Below are positions 9,057-18,804 of a stretch of DNA of 64,000 bases, piece after piece. This DNA comes from an uncultured Bacteroidales bacterium. Lineage in GTDB: Bacteria; Bacteroidota; Bacteroidia; Bacteroidales; JALTDM01. The translations under genes were made by a program, and so were the position numbers. The stretch lies in the NCBI GenBank assembly GCA_964421355.1, contig CAYQWX010000003.1, positions 2,534 to 66,533 of the forward strand, written 5' to 3'. Each line of letters opens with the position of its first letter. The first letter of the stretch is position 1. The notes under the pieces were generated by a model. The model made no database searches and had not been told where the DNA came from. It saw only the letters and a list, made by a program, of their open reading frames with translations.

Positions 9057-11050
9057 TACTTAATTTCCTTTTTTATTTCATTTAACACATCTTGCTTAAC
9101 TTCCAATTTATGTTTCTTACTCAACTTCTTCAACCATTGCTGTTCTAAATATGTTTGATAATCTGACACTACTATACCTTTTATTTCTTTCAATGGTTTA
9201 GGAGATGGTGCTACTTCTTTTGCAATATACACTATAACAGAATCACCTTTTAGTATCCAGTAAGGGTATTTCCCTTTGGCTTGAGATACTGCATCATCTA
9301 CTTCTTTGTTTTTATTTTTTTCATACAGTCCTGACCATTCTATTTTTACATTATCCCCTCCAATTTTATCAACTATTTCATCAGGGGTATAATCAAGTTT
9401 CTGTTGTTTCTTCAATATTTTTATTAATTTCTTTAATGATTTTTTATTAGTTGCTGTAAATTTAGTTGCATCATATCTAATAGGATACAAATATTTTTGT
9501 TTATTAGACTCATAATATTTTTTCAATCCCACCGTATCTTTTACTGCCTTTTTCCATACCATATCATCCATTATATCAAACAGCAATATTCCATCATAAT
9601 ATTCATCTAAAATATACTTATATTCAGGATACTTGTATGGCAATTTGGTTATTTCATAATTACGGATAAAATCGTCAACAAAGTTGTTAAAATCTCTATT
9701 TATTAAATATTTAACAGGCATTAATTTTATTTTACTATTGGGTTTTGGTTTCCTTTTAGAATATTTTTTCAATAAATAGTCTGCAAATTCTTGCTGACTA
9801 TAAGATTTGCCATCAAGAGTAAACAAGGTTTTATTTAGTTTTTTCAATTTATCTTTATTAATTTTACCAAATACAATGGAATCGGTTATATTTCTATAAA
9901 AATCTGCTAAAGCTTTTTTGTTATAAGAAAAGTTATATTCTTTTTTTAATTTATTTATAAATGATTTTTTTACAAGATTATATCTATCATTTCTTTTAAG
10001 TTGTACCAAAAGTTCGGGTTTCATTTCTTCATAAGACTTGATAGGCTTTATATTCATAAGTTTCAATATATGGTAGCCCACAGGAGTACGAACAGGTTTT
10101 GATATATCTCCTATATTCTTAAGGGAAAAAGCAGCATTTTCAAAAGGTTCAACCATATCTCCTGTGCCAAACCAATCTAACAAGCCTCCACGATAAGCAC
10201 TACCTCTATCATCAGAAAGTTTTTTTGCTAATTCTGCAAAATCAGCACCATGTTGTAAAAGATTATATATGGAATCTATTTTAGCTTTTGCCGCCTTTTT
10301 CTCTTTATCTGTACTATATAAATTAAGAGCTACAAGTATATGCGCTACCTGCACCTTACCTTTATTAGGTCTTTCTCCTGTTTTCTTTATTATGTGATAT
10401 GCAACTCTTGTCCTAAAAGGGTGGGATATTTTCCCCTGCGGAGTATTATATGCCACAGTTTCAAATTCATAAGGATACCTAAACACATTAAACCACCCCA
10501 TATCTCCTCCTTTGTTTGCAGAATATTTATGTTCGGAAAACTTTTTGGCAACTTCTGCAAAATCTTTTCCGTTTTTTAATTCTTTATAAGCTTTCATTAT
10601 TTTTCTATATGCTTTTAATGTATCGGAAGGAGTTGGATTTTTGGGCAACATAACCATTATCTGACTTACCCTCACATCTTTTTTCATTCTTTCGTAAGCT
10701 TCTTTCAACAAAGCTTCAAGTTTAGCAGAATCTATAAGATAAGGAGCAACTAATTGCTTCTTATAAACGGAAAATTCTCTCTTAAAAGATTTCGTAGTAT
10801 CGTAACCAAGAGATTTTGCTTCTTCAACTTTTAAGCAGAAATTCTCATATAACTTAAGATAATCATCTATACTATTATCTTGCCCCAAAGAATTATTTTT
10901 CTTATAAAGACGTATAAAAGCATTTTTTGTAATAGTATCTTTACCATCAATAATGATAAAAGGCTTGTCTCCAATTTTCTTTGCAGTTTGAGCAAAACTT
11001 GTGATAGTCAATAATAACATTATACCCCAAAATACTTTATATCTTTTCAT
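9056..11050 (-). CDS. peptidyl-prolyl cis-trans isomerase with two parvulin (PpiC) domains
   Basis: Signal peptide. Two parvulin cores: GGDMGWF...AYHIIKK and GGLLDWFG...GYHILKL. Confidence 0.8.
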   Translation of the reverse strand: MKRYKVFWGIMLLLTITSFAQTAKKIGDKPFIIIDGKDTITKNAFIRLYKKNNSLGQDNSIDDYLKLYENFCLKVEEAKSLGYDTTKSFKREFSVYKKQLVAPYLIDSAKLEALLKEAYERMKKDVRVSQIMVMLPKNPTPSDTLKAYRKIMKAYKELKNGKDFAEVAKKFSEHKYSANKGGDMGWFNVFRYPYEFETVAYNTPQGKISHPFRTRVAYHIIKKTGERPNKGKVQVAHILVALNLYSTDKEKKAAKAKIDSIYNLLQHGADFAELAKKLSDDRGSAYRGGLLDWFGTGDMVEPFENAAFSLKNIGDISKPVRTPVGYHILKLMNIKPIKSYEEMKPELLVQLKRNDRYNLVKKSFINKLKKEYNFSYNKKALADFYRNITDSIVFGKINKDKLKKLNKTLFTLDGKSYSQQEFADYLLKKYSKRKPKPNSKIKLMPVKYLINRDFNNFVDDFIRNYEITKLPYKYPEYKYILDEYYDGILLFDIMDDMVWKKAVKDTVGLKKYYESNKQKYLYPIRYDATKFTATNKKSLKKLIKILKKQQKLDYTPDEIVDKIGGDNVKIEWSGLYEKNKNKEVDDAVSQAKGKYPYWILKGDSVIVYIAKEVAPSPKPLKEIKGIVVSDYQTYLEQQWLKKLSKKHKLEVKQDVLNEIKKEIK

Positions 11051-11093
11051 AACTTTATAATATTTTTAAAATTCATTGCTATTTATTGCCTTG

Positions 11094-11101
11094 CAAATTT
11101 A
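11094..11101 (-). promoter_or_regulatory. Bacteroidota -7 promoter box (TAnnTTTG)
   Basis: TAAATTTG on the minus strand, 43 nt upstream of the PPIase ATG at 11050. Confidence 0.35.
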
Positions 11102-11205
11102 CACTCATATTTTGTTTTTGAAGTAAAAATATGAGATTTTACCATAAAACTTTTTTATACCTAAAATATTGTTTATACAATAAAAATGTTTTTCCAAAAA
11201 TTTAT

Positions 11206-12270
11206 TTATTCTATTATTCCTCCACCAACAACATCATCATGCTCATAAAATACAGCACTTTGTCCTGGAGTAATAGCTCTAACAGGAACATCAAATATTA
11301 CTTTAATCTTATCTTCACCAAGCATAAAAAGTTTGGAAGTATAACCTTTACTCCGATAACGTATTTTTGTAAACACCTCCATTCCATCACTTATCATTTC
11401 ATACTTTTGAAAATTTATTTTTCCCACAATCATCTCCTTGGAATAAAGGTCTTTTTCCTCTCCTAAATAAACTATATTTTGCTTAGCATCTATACTAACT
11501 ACATACACAGGCTTACCTAAAGCAATATTTAATCCTCGGCGCTGGCCTATTGTAAAGTTGAAAAATCCATTATGTTCTCCCACTTTTTCTCCTGTTTGCA
11601 CCCAAATAAAATCGCCTTTACCAATATTATCATAAATATTCGGAATTTTTTTTAACAAAAATTCACGATAGTCTTTCCCCGCTAAAAAACATATTTCTTG
11701 ACTTTCTTTTTGCTTAGATAGCGACACAAAACCCTCTTTTTCAGCTTTTTTCTTAATTTCTGTTTTAGTAATGCTTCCAAGTGGAAACAAGGTTTTTGAT
11801 AGTTGCTTTTGAGACAATCGCCATAAAAAATATGATTGATCCTTAAACTTATCTTTAGCTTGCTTTACAAAAAAACGTCCCTTTTCATTTCCTATTATAG
11901 CATAATGTCCGGTAGCATAATAGTCAAAGTTTTCATCAAAAGCTTTCCAAAGCATTCCCCATTTTATCTTTGGATTACACATCACACAAGGATTAGGAGT
12001 ATAACCTGTAATATATTCTTCTACAAAATAATTTACAACTTCTCTCTCAAAATCCTTTCTTACATCTACTATTTTTAATGGTATATTATATTTTTCTGCT
12101 AAAAATTTAGTTTTTTCTATTTCTCTATCATTTATTAAACCTCCGTCTTCAATAAAATTCCACAACTTCATTGTTATTCCCGCAACTTCATATCCTTCAT
12201 TTATAAGCATAACTGCTGCCATAGAGCTATCAATCCCACCACTCATTGCTAAAAGAACTTTCTTTTTCAT
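11206..12270 (-). CDS. mnmA: tRNA 2-thiouridine(34) synthase
   Basis: PP-loop motif AMSGGIDSS and conserved MnmA-length architecture (354 aa). Confidence 0.9.
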   Translation of the reverse strand: MKKKVLLAMSGGIDSSMAAVMLINEGYEVAGITMKLWNFIEDGGLINDREIEKTKFLAEKYNIPLKIVDVRKDFEREVVNYFVEEYITGYTPNPCVMCNPKIKWGMLWKAFDENFDYYATGHYAIIGNEKGRFFVKQAKDKFKDQSYFLWRLSQKQLSKTLFPLGSITKTEIKKKAEKEGFVSLSKQKESQEICFLAGKDYREFLLKKIPNIYDNIGKGDFIWVQTGEKVGEHNGFFNFTIGQRRGLNIALGKPVYVVSIDAKQNIVYLGEEKDLYSKEMIVGKINFQKYEMISDGMEVFTKIRYRSKGYTSKLFMLGEDKIKVIFDVPVRAITPGQSAVFYEHDDVVGGGIIE

Positions 12271-12806
12271 AAAAATACTTTTTTTAATTCTTCAACATTC
12301 CTTGCCACTTCATAAAACTTCTCATCACTTGTAGCAAATCTTTCTTTATATATAAATTCAAATTGTTTCAATAAATCATCATAAAAATTCACTTCATCAA
12401 AAATTACCACTTTTTTGTCTATTTGACCTATTTGATTTAAAGTTATCACTTCCAATAATTCATCCAAAGTACCAAAACCTCCCGGTAACACTACAAAAGC
12501 ATCACCCAGGGATATAAGCTTTTCTTTGCGTTCATGCATAGTAGCCGTAATGATAATTGAACTGCTGCACTCCGAAGCCAAACCTCTATTTACAAAAAAC
12601 TGTGGAATAATTCCCGTAACAGGCAACCCTGCAGCAAATATCCTTTCTGCAACAACCTTCATAAGTCCAACATTTGCACCACCAAAGACTAATCCCATAT
12701 TTTTTTCTATCATAAATTCAGCCAAATCCAATGCATTATTCACATATTTTTCGTCAAGTTCAGTACTTGAAGCACAAAATACCGCAATGTTTTTAATTTG
12801 TTTCAT
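12267..12806 (-). CDS. LOG-family (TIGR00730-type) nucleotide phosphoribohydrolase
   Basis: Motifs GGANVGLM and LPGGFGTLDELLE. ATGA overlap with mnmA. Confidence 0.8.
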   Translation of the reverse strand: MKQIKNIAVFCASSTELDEKYVNNALDLAEFMIEKNMGLVFGGANVGLMKVVAERIFAAGLPVTGIIPQFFVNRGLASECSSSIIITATMHERKEKLISLGDAFVVLPGGFGTLDELLEVITLNQIGQIDKKVVIFDEVNFYDDLLKQFEFIYKERFATSDEKFYEVARNVEELKKVFL

Positions 12807-13518
12807 CTACTCCTATTTTCTTAATTATATGTTCTATTGCTATCCGTAACTGTTCTTCTCTCGTTAAACTGGAATTATCAATTACTATTGCATCATTCGT
12901 CTTAATAAGGGGAGATATTGATCTTGTTGTATCCTGCAAATCTCTATTTTTAAGATTTTTTAGCACCTCTTCATAAGAAACTTTTTCTCCTTTATCCAAC
13001 AGTTCCAGATAACGCCTTTTTGCCCTTATTTCAGGAGATGCTGTTACAAAAAATTTCACTTCTGCATCAGGAAAAACCACACTACCAATATCTCTTCCAT
13101 CCATAACTATCCCTTTTTGCTTTCCTATCTGCCTTTGCATGTTTACCAAAAATTCTCTTATAAAAGGCACCTTGCTTACCAATGAGGTTAATCTTGAAAT
13201 AGTAAGAGTTCGTATTTCATTTTCAACATCATTACCATTAAGGAAAATATGATTTTTTCCATTTATATTTTTAAAATCAAGATGAATATGAGATAAAATA
13301 TTTTTTAATCCTTCTGCTTCTACTTTTTTACCATTTTTATCAATAAAGTTATTTTTCAAAGCAAACCAAGTAATAGCACGATACATTGCACCAGTATCTA
13401 TATACTTATATTTCAGCATATTAGCCAAATCCTTTGCTAATGTACTTTTACCTGAGGAGGAATAACCGTCAACTGCTATTATTATATCTTTTTTCAATTT
13501 TATTTTTTTATTATCCAT
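12793..13518 (-). CDS. cmk: (d)CMP kinase
   Basis: P-loop DGYSSSGKST and GRDIGSVVFPDA, typical of Cmk. Confidence 0.9.
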   Translation of the reverse strand: MDNKKIKLKKDIIIAVDGYSSSGKSTLAKDLANMLKYKYIDTGAMYRAITWFALKNNFIDKNGKKVEAEGLKNILSHIHLDFKNINGKNHIFLNGNDVENEIRTLTISRLTSLVSKVPFIREFLVNMQRQIGKQKGIVMDGRDIGSVVFPDAEVKFFVTASPEIRAKRRYLELLDKGEKVSYEEVLKNLKNRDLQDTTRSISPLIKTNDAIVIDNSSLTREEQLRIAIEHIIKKIGVDETN

Positions 13519-13536
13519 ACTTTAAAAATTAAAACA

Positions 13537-13544
13537 CAAAATTA
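13537..13544 (-). promoter_or_regulatory. Bacteroidota -7 promoter box (TAnnTTTG)
   Basis: TAATTTTG on the minus strand, 18 nt upstream of the cmk ATG at 13518. Confidence 0.4.
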
Positions 13545-13617
13545 ACTCTTTTACATAAAAAACTTATTAAATAAATATTTTCAATCAAATTTCCTGCATA
13601 ACAAACAACTTTATACT

Positions 13618-13625
13618 TATATTTG
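13618..13625 (+). promoter_or_regulatory. Bacteroidota -7 promoter box (TAnnTTTG)
   Basis: TATATTTG, 30 nt upstream of the ATG at 13656. Confidence 0.4.
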
Positions 13626-13655
13626 TAGTCTTATAAGTCAAGTAATTAAATAATT

Positions 13656-16600
13656 ATGAAAAAGATAAAAATTCTAGCGTTATTAGTTGTTTTTTCAACT
13701 ATAAATATGATTTCTTATTCACAACCGTGGATGAACTTGTTACCAAAAGAAAGACAAAAAAATCCTTCTTTTTATGATGTAAAAAAAGCATTTGACCAAT
13801 ATTGGAGTAAATATAAAATAACTAATGGCTTTTATTTAAACGAACACGGAAAGAAACAAAAAGCTTACGGATGGAAACAATTTAAGCGTTGGGAATGGTT
13901 TATGGAACCAAGGATAAATAAGAAGGGATACCTACCTGTCGATATTTATGCAAAAGAATTATTAAAACGAATAAATGAAAAATCAACAAATGGTAATTGG
14001 CAAAATTTAGGACCTATTGCAACACCAACAGCAATAGGAACTAATAATATAGTAGGAATAGGTAGAATAAATACTATTGCTTTTGACCCCAGTAATTCTA
14101 ACATCATATATATCGGTGCTCCTGACGGTGGGGTTTGGAAAACTACAGACGGAGGTAATACTTGGACACCCCTAACGGAAAACTTGGCTGCATTGGGAAT
14201 AAGCGACATTGCCATAAATCCTAATAATTCACAAGAAATTTTCATAGCAACAGGTGATAGAGATGCCAGATCTTGTTATAGCATAGGAATATTAAAATCA
14301 ACAGACGGAGGCAATACTTGGCAACAATTAAACTTAACATCACAACTATCTGACCATTTTAAGACTAATAGAATACTTATAAACCCTAACAATACTAATA
14401 TTATACTTGTTGCTACTTCAGAAGGCATATACAGAAGCACAGATGGAGGCAATACTTGGCAACAAGCATTATCAAACTTATTTTTTATGGATATGGATTT
14501 TGCTCCTGATGATCCCAATACAGTATATGCCACAAGCATTGGCTTAAATGGAAGCACATCAGGAATTTACAAATCTACAAACGGAGGAGTTTCTTTTTAT
14601 GAGATTTCGCCTACCTCATTAAACACAGACGAAGTAGTAAGAATAAAGTTGGGAGTTTCTCCTGCCAATCCCAATATAATATACGCTTTATGTGCTAATT
14701 CTTCGGATTATGGATTCCATTCCTTATGGAAAAGTACAAATAAAGGACAAACATGGGCTAACTTACAAAACAATTATTCTACTAACTATTTAGACTGGGG
14801 CGATGGGACAGGCACTGGCGGGCAAGGTTGGTATGACTTATCACTAGCAGTTGATCCCACAGATGCAGATCACTTATTTATAGGAGGAATAAATATATGG
14901 GAAAGCACAGATGGTGGCAATGACTTCTATCAAAAAACTATCTGGTACTATGGTGGTGATTATGATTATGTACATGCAGATCAACATTGGTTTACATTTC
15001 AACCTAATACAAATATATTCTACACAGCCTGTGACGGTGGTATATTTAAACTCCAAAACGGACAATGGACAAGTATTAGTAATGGCATAATAATATCACA
15101 GATATATAGACTTTCTACATCCCAAACAACTAATGAACTAGTTTTAATGGGATTACAAGACAATGGTTCTGTTTTAAAAAACAATTCTAACTTTTGGGAA
15201 GTTCTTGGTGGCGATGGCATGGAAGCACTTATAGACCCAAGCAACAATGATGTAATGTATGCAGAATATTATTACGGAAACCTATACAAATCTACCGACG
15301 GTGGTAATAATTTCAATAGCATTGCTCCAAGCAATAGCGGCAATTGGGTAACTCCTTATATATGTGACCCTACAAATACTAATATTATATACGCAGGATA
15401 TGATGATCTATATAAATCTACTGACGGGGGAAATAACTGGACAAATACAACCAATGGGATAACAAGTGGTGAAAAAATAGACGATATAGCAATTGCTCCT
15501 TCCAACACTAATGTAATATACTTTTCAGTAAATGGTAATTTATACAAAACAACTAATGCAGGCTCATCTTGGACAGATATTAACACAAACTTTTCAGAAG
15601 ATATAACAGATATAGCAGTAGCATATAATAATCCTGAAAAAGTGTTTGTTACTTTATCAGGATTTTCAGATGATTATAAAGTTTTTTATAGTACTGATGG
15701 CGGAAATTCTTGGACAAATATATCCAACGGATTACCAAATGTTCCTACCAATACTATTGTTTATGAAAAATACACAAATGATAGGATCTACATAGGAACA
15801 GACTTAGGTGTATTTGTCAAAGACGGTCTAAATTCCAATTGGGCAACTTTTAACAATGGATTACCAAACGTGGTAATAGATGAATTAGAAATAAATTACG
15901 CTCAAAATAAAATTTATGCCGCAACTTTTGGTAGGGGACTTTGGCAATCAGATTTATATTCAAATAATAATGCGTCTTTACAAGCAAATTTTTCATATTA
16001 CATAGAAAATAATTGTGAAGGCAAAGTTCTATTTTATGATGCATCAGCAGGAAATGTAACCTCGTGGCATTGGGACTTTGGAGACAATACAACATCTACT
16101 CAAGAAAATCCAACACATTACTACAATGCAATCGGGACATATACTGTAACATTAATAGTAAGTGACGGAAACTCTTCCGACACATCCAGCAACACTCTAA
16201 CAATAACATCATCTCCTGTTACAGCAGACTTCAGTGCAGAAAATACAACAGCCTGCTCCACTCCTTATCAAGTATCATTTACTAATCTTTCTAATAACGC
16301 ATCTTCTTTTAATTGGGACTTCGGGGACAATACAACATCTACTCAAGAAAACCCAACTCACACCTACACAAACGAAGGAACATATACCGTAACTCTTTCC
16401 GTATCTTCAGCACTCTGCGGCACTAATAGTATCACTAAACAAAATTATATAACAATAAATGATTCTGCAATGGTAACCAGAATATTCCCAACCTCAGGAA
16501 CAGAAGAATATAACTGCTGCCATGGAATGTTATATGATGATGGATACGAAAATGGATATTCCAATAATGTAAATTCTTCGGTAATAATAAATATTCCTAA

Positions 16601-17096
16601 TGCAAATGCAATAACATTACATTTTTATTATATAGACTTGGAACTTGACTACGATTCATTATATATCTATCAGGGAAGTGGAAATAATATGACTTTACTT
16701 GGTGCTTATACAGGAACAACTCTTCCAAACGGAACAGGTATAATCAATGTCCCTTCAAATACTATTACAATACACTTTAAAAGTGACCAGTATGTTACTG
16801 CTGACGGCTTCAAAATGGAATGGCTTTGCAACATTCCAACAAACAATGAAAATGATATAAAAACATCAAACTATCCTTCAATTTATCCAAATCCTGCCAA
16901 TGGAACATTTAATATTTATTACAATACTAATCAACCATATTCAATATCTATATTCTCAATAGATGGTAAGCTGATAAAGAAAATACAGGATATATCTACT
17001 AACATTACACAAATAAAAAATTTAGAAAAAGGAGTTTATCTAATAAATATTGAAAGTAAAAGTAAAAGTTTTCAAACAAAAATTGTAATTTTGTAG
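13656..17096 (+). CDS. secreted BNR/Asp-box beta-propeller protein with 2 PKD domains, a CUB-like domain and a T9SS type-A CTD
   Basis: Signal peptide. About 9 copies of the S-x-D-x-G-x-T-W motif (STDGGNTW). Two PKD units share FGDNTTSTQENPTH. CUB-like segment ~16478-16830. C-terminal YPNPANGTFNIYY... sorting tail. Confidence 0.8.
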   Translation: MKKIKILALLVVFSTINMISYSQPWMNLLPKERQKNPSFYDVKKAFDQYWSKYKITNGFYLNEHGKKQKAYGWKQFKRWEWFMEPRINKKGYLPVDIYAKELLKRINEKSTNGNWQNLGPIATPTAIGTNNIVGIGRINTIAFDPSNSNIIYIGAPDGGVWKTTDGGNTWTPLTENLAALGISDIAINPNNSQEIFIATGDRDARSCYSIGILKSTDGGNTWQQLNLTSQLSDHFKTNRILINPNNTNIILVATSEGIYRSTDGGNTWQQALSNLFFMDMDFAPDDPNTVYATSIGLNGSTSGIYKSTNGGVSFYEISPTSLNTDEVVRIKLGVSPANPNIIYALCANSSDYGFHSLWKSTNKGQTWANLQNNYSTNYLDWGDGTGTGGQGWYDLSLAVDPTDADHLFIGGINIWESTDGGNDFYQKTIWYYGGDYDYVHADQHWFTFQPNTNIFYTACDGGIFKLQNGQWTSISNGIIISQIYRLSTSQTTNELVLMGLQDNGSVLKNNSNFWEVLGGDGMEALIDPSNNDVMYAEYYYGNLYKSTDGGNNFNSIAPSNSGNWVTPYICDPTNTNIIYAGYDDLYKSTDGGNNWTNTTNGITSGEKIDDIAIAPSNTNVIYFSVNGNLYKTTNAGSSWTDINTNFSEDITDIAVAYNNPEKVFVTLSGFSDDYKVFYSTDGGNSWTNISNGLPNVPTNTIVYEKYTNDRIYIGTDLGVFVKDGLNSNWATFNNGLPNVVIDELEINYAQNKIYAATFGRGLWQSDLYSNNNASLQANFSYYIENNCEGKVLFYDASAGNVTSWHWDFGDNTTSTQENPTHYYNAIGTYTVTLIVSDGNSSDTSSNTLTITSSPVTADFSAENTTACSTPYQVSFTNLSNNASSFNWDFGDNTTSTQENPTHTYTNEGTYTVTLSVSSALCGTNSITKQNYITINDSAMVTRIFPTSGTEEYNCCHGMLYDDGYENGYSNNVNSSVIINIPNANAITLHFYYIDLELDYDSLYIYQGSGNNMTLLGAYTGTTLPNGTGIINVPSNTITIHFKSDQYVTADGFKMEWLCNIPTNNENDIKTSNYPSIYPNPANGTFNIYYNTNQPYSISIFSIDGKLIKKIQDISTNITQIKNLEKGVYLINIESKSKSFQTKIVIL
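17086..17093 (+). promoter_or_regulatory. Bacteroidota -7 promoter box (TAnnTTTG)
   Basis: TAATTTTG, overlapping the last codons of the BNR gene and 17 nt upstream of the udg ATG at 17111. Confidence 0.35.
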
Positions 17097-17110
17097 CCAA
17101 ATGGCTATAA

Positions 17111-17710
17111 ATGACAAAAATTGAACAACTTGACATATTAAAAACAGAAGTATTATCCTGCAATAAATGCAAACTAAGCAATACACGCAATAAAGTTGTA
17201 TTTGGAGAAGGTAATCCAGACGAAGGGATTTTATTAATAGGAGAAGGACCAGGAGCAGAAGAAGACAAAACAGGAAGACCATTTGTCGGACGCTCCGGAC
17301 AATTATTGGATAAAATGTTGGAAGCCGCAGGGTTCAACCGGAAAGAACATGTGTTTATAGCCAATATAGTAAAATGTCGCCCTCCACAAAACAGAACACC
17401 CGAACCAGATGAAAGAGAAGCATGTTTGCCATACTTACACAAACAAATAGAAATAATAGACCCTAAGATAATAGTATTACTCGGAGCAACTGCACTAAAG
17501 CTATTAGACGAAAAAGTAAAACTAAAAGAAGTAAAAGGAGAATGGATTATGTGGAACGGGAAAGTGCTAATGCCTACTTATCACCCTTCCGCTTTATTAA
17601 GAAATCCCAACTTTAAAAAGGAAGCATGGGAACACATAAAAAAAGTATTTTTCAAATATAGAGAAATAATAAATCCTAATCACACATCACCACACATACC
17701 TATAAAATGA
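17111..17710 (+). CDS. uracil-DNA glycosylase, family 4
   Basis: Motifs GEGPGAEEDKTGRPFVGRSGQLL and the N-terminal CNKC cluster. Confidence 0.85.
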   Translation: MTKIEQLDILKTEVLSCNKCKLSNTRNKVVFGEGNPDEGILLIGEGPGAEEDKTGRPFVGRSGQLLDKMLEAAGFNRKEHVFIANIVKCRPPQNRTPEPDEREACLPYLHKQIEIIDPKIIVLLGATALKLLDEKVKLKEVKGEWIMWNGKVLMPTYHPSALLRNPNFKKEAWEHIKKVFFKYREIINPNHTSPHIPIK

Positions 17711-18804
17711 TAGAAAATAAATTTTTGAAAATATTATTTTACCCAATTGCTTTTCTATACGGAATAATAATAAGCATACGCCATAAATTTTATGATTTTC
17801 ATATAATAAAATCTTATGAATTTGCAGACCATATAATTAATGTAGGAAATCTATCTGTAGGAGGAGTAGGAAAAACTCCAATGGTAGAATATTTAACGGA
17901 ATTTTTTCTAAAAAATAATTATAATGTAATAGTAATAAGTAGAGGATATAGACGTAAGCTTGGAGGACTCACTGTTGTATTACCCGAATCCAGTTGGGAA
18001 ATAGCAGGAGATGAACCCGCCCAAATAAAACAAAAATTCCCAGAAGCCCACGTAATAGTAAATTCTAATAGAATAGAAGCTATTAAATATGCAAAAAAAC
18101 ATTTTTTTGAAAAAGAAAAAAGAAATATTATAATATTAGACGATGCTTTTCAATACAGAAAAATAACCGGCACATTCAACATCTTGCTAATAGACATAAA
18201 CAAAATGATTGATGAAGACTATTATATACCGGTAGGAACTCTGCGTGACAATCCCTCCCAAAAGAAAAAAGCCAATATTATTGTTTTTACAAAATGTCAA
18301 AAAGAACTATCATCTATTGAAAAACGCACTTATATAAATAGATTACAACTCAGAACATATCAACGACCATATTTTTCAAAAATAATATATAAAGACTTAC
18401 TACCTGCATTTTCAAATACTTATGTCCTTAAACTCAAAAACATAACCTCCGACTATCATATATTATTAGTTACAGCAATAGCAAAACCACAATATCTAAT
18501 TTCGTTTCTGCAAAACTATACAAACAACATTATACATATCAAATATGCTGACCATTATGAGTTTACAGAAAACGATTTTATAGAAATAAACAATAGATTT
18601 AATAAAATAAAAACTCCAAAACGTTTCATCCTTACTACAGAAAAAGATTATGTAAGAATGAAAGATTCACAAGGAGTAGAACTTATAAAAAATTATCCGG
18701 TATATTATTTACCTATAAAAAATGACTTTTTAACAAACGAAGAAAAAGAAATGTTTAACAAACAAATTTTAGCCTATGTTAACAAAAATTTTGCAATCAG
18801 TTGA
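17707..18804 (+). CDS. lpxK: tetraacyldisaccharide 4'-kinase
   Basis: VGNLSVGGVGKTPMVE P-loop typical of LpxK. ATGA overlap with the upstream gene. Confidence 0.85.
   Translation: MIENKFLKILFYPIAFLYGIIISIRHKFYDFHIIKSYEFADHIINVGNLSVGGVGKTPMVEYLTEFFLKNNYNVIVISRGYRRKLGGLTVVLPESSWEIAGDEPAQIKQKFPEAHVIVNSNRIEAIKYAKKHFFEKEKRNIIILDDAFQYRKITGTFNILLIDINKMIDEDYYIPVGTLRDNPSQKKKANIIVFTKCQKELSSIEKRTYINRLQLRTYQRPYFSKIIYKDLLPAFSNTYVLKLKNITSDYHILLVTAIAKPQYLISFLQNYTNNIIHIKYADHYEFTENDFIEINNRFNKIKTPKRFILTTEKDYVRMKDSQGVELIKNYPVYYLPIKNDFLTNEEKEMFNKQILAYVNKNFAIS

Noticed and set aside
11131-11466. 111-aa plus-strand ORF starting in the PPIase/mnmA spacer.
   Set aside because: It overlaps the 3' end of mnmA on the opposite strand, is low-complexity, and the spacer is better explained by the PPIase promoter (box at 11094-11101).
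17005-17442. Long antisense ORFs within confidently assigned genes. Examples: 17005..17442, 39958..40437, 1546..1905, 39250..39615, 19243..19596, 19867..20241, the 52523..52914 set, and 13946..14557.
   Set aside because: Each lies wholly opposite a gene with clear family motifs. Their translations are low-complexity (L/F/S/I-rich) mirror images of K/E/N-rich or repeat-rich sense codons. None has a promoter box or conserved motif.
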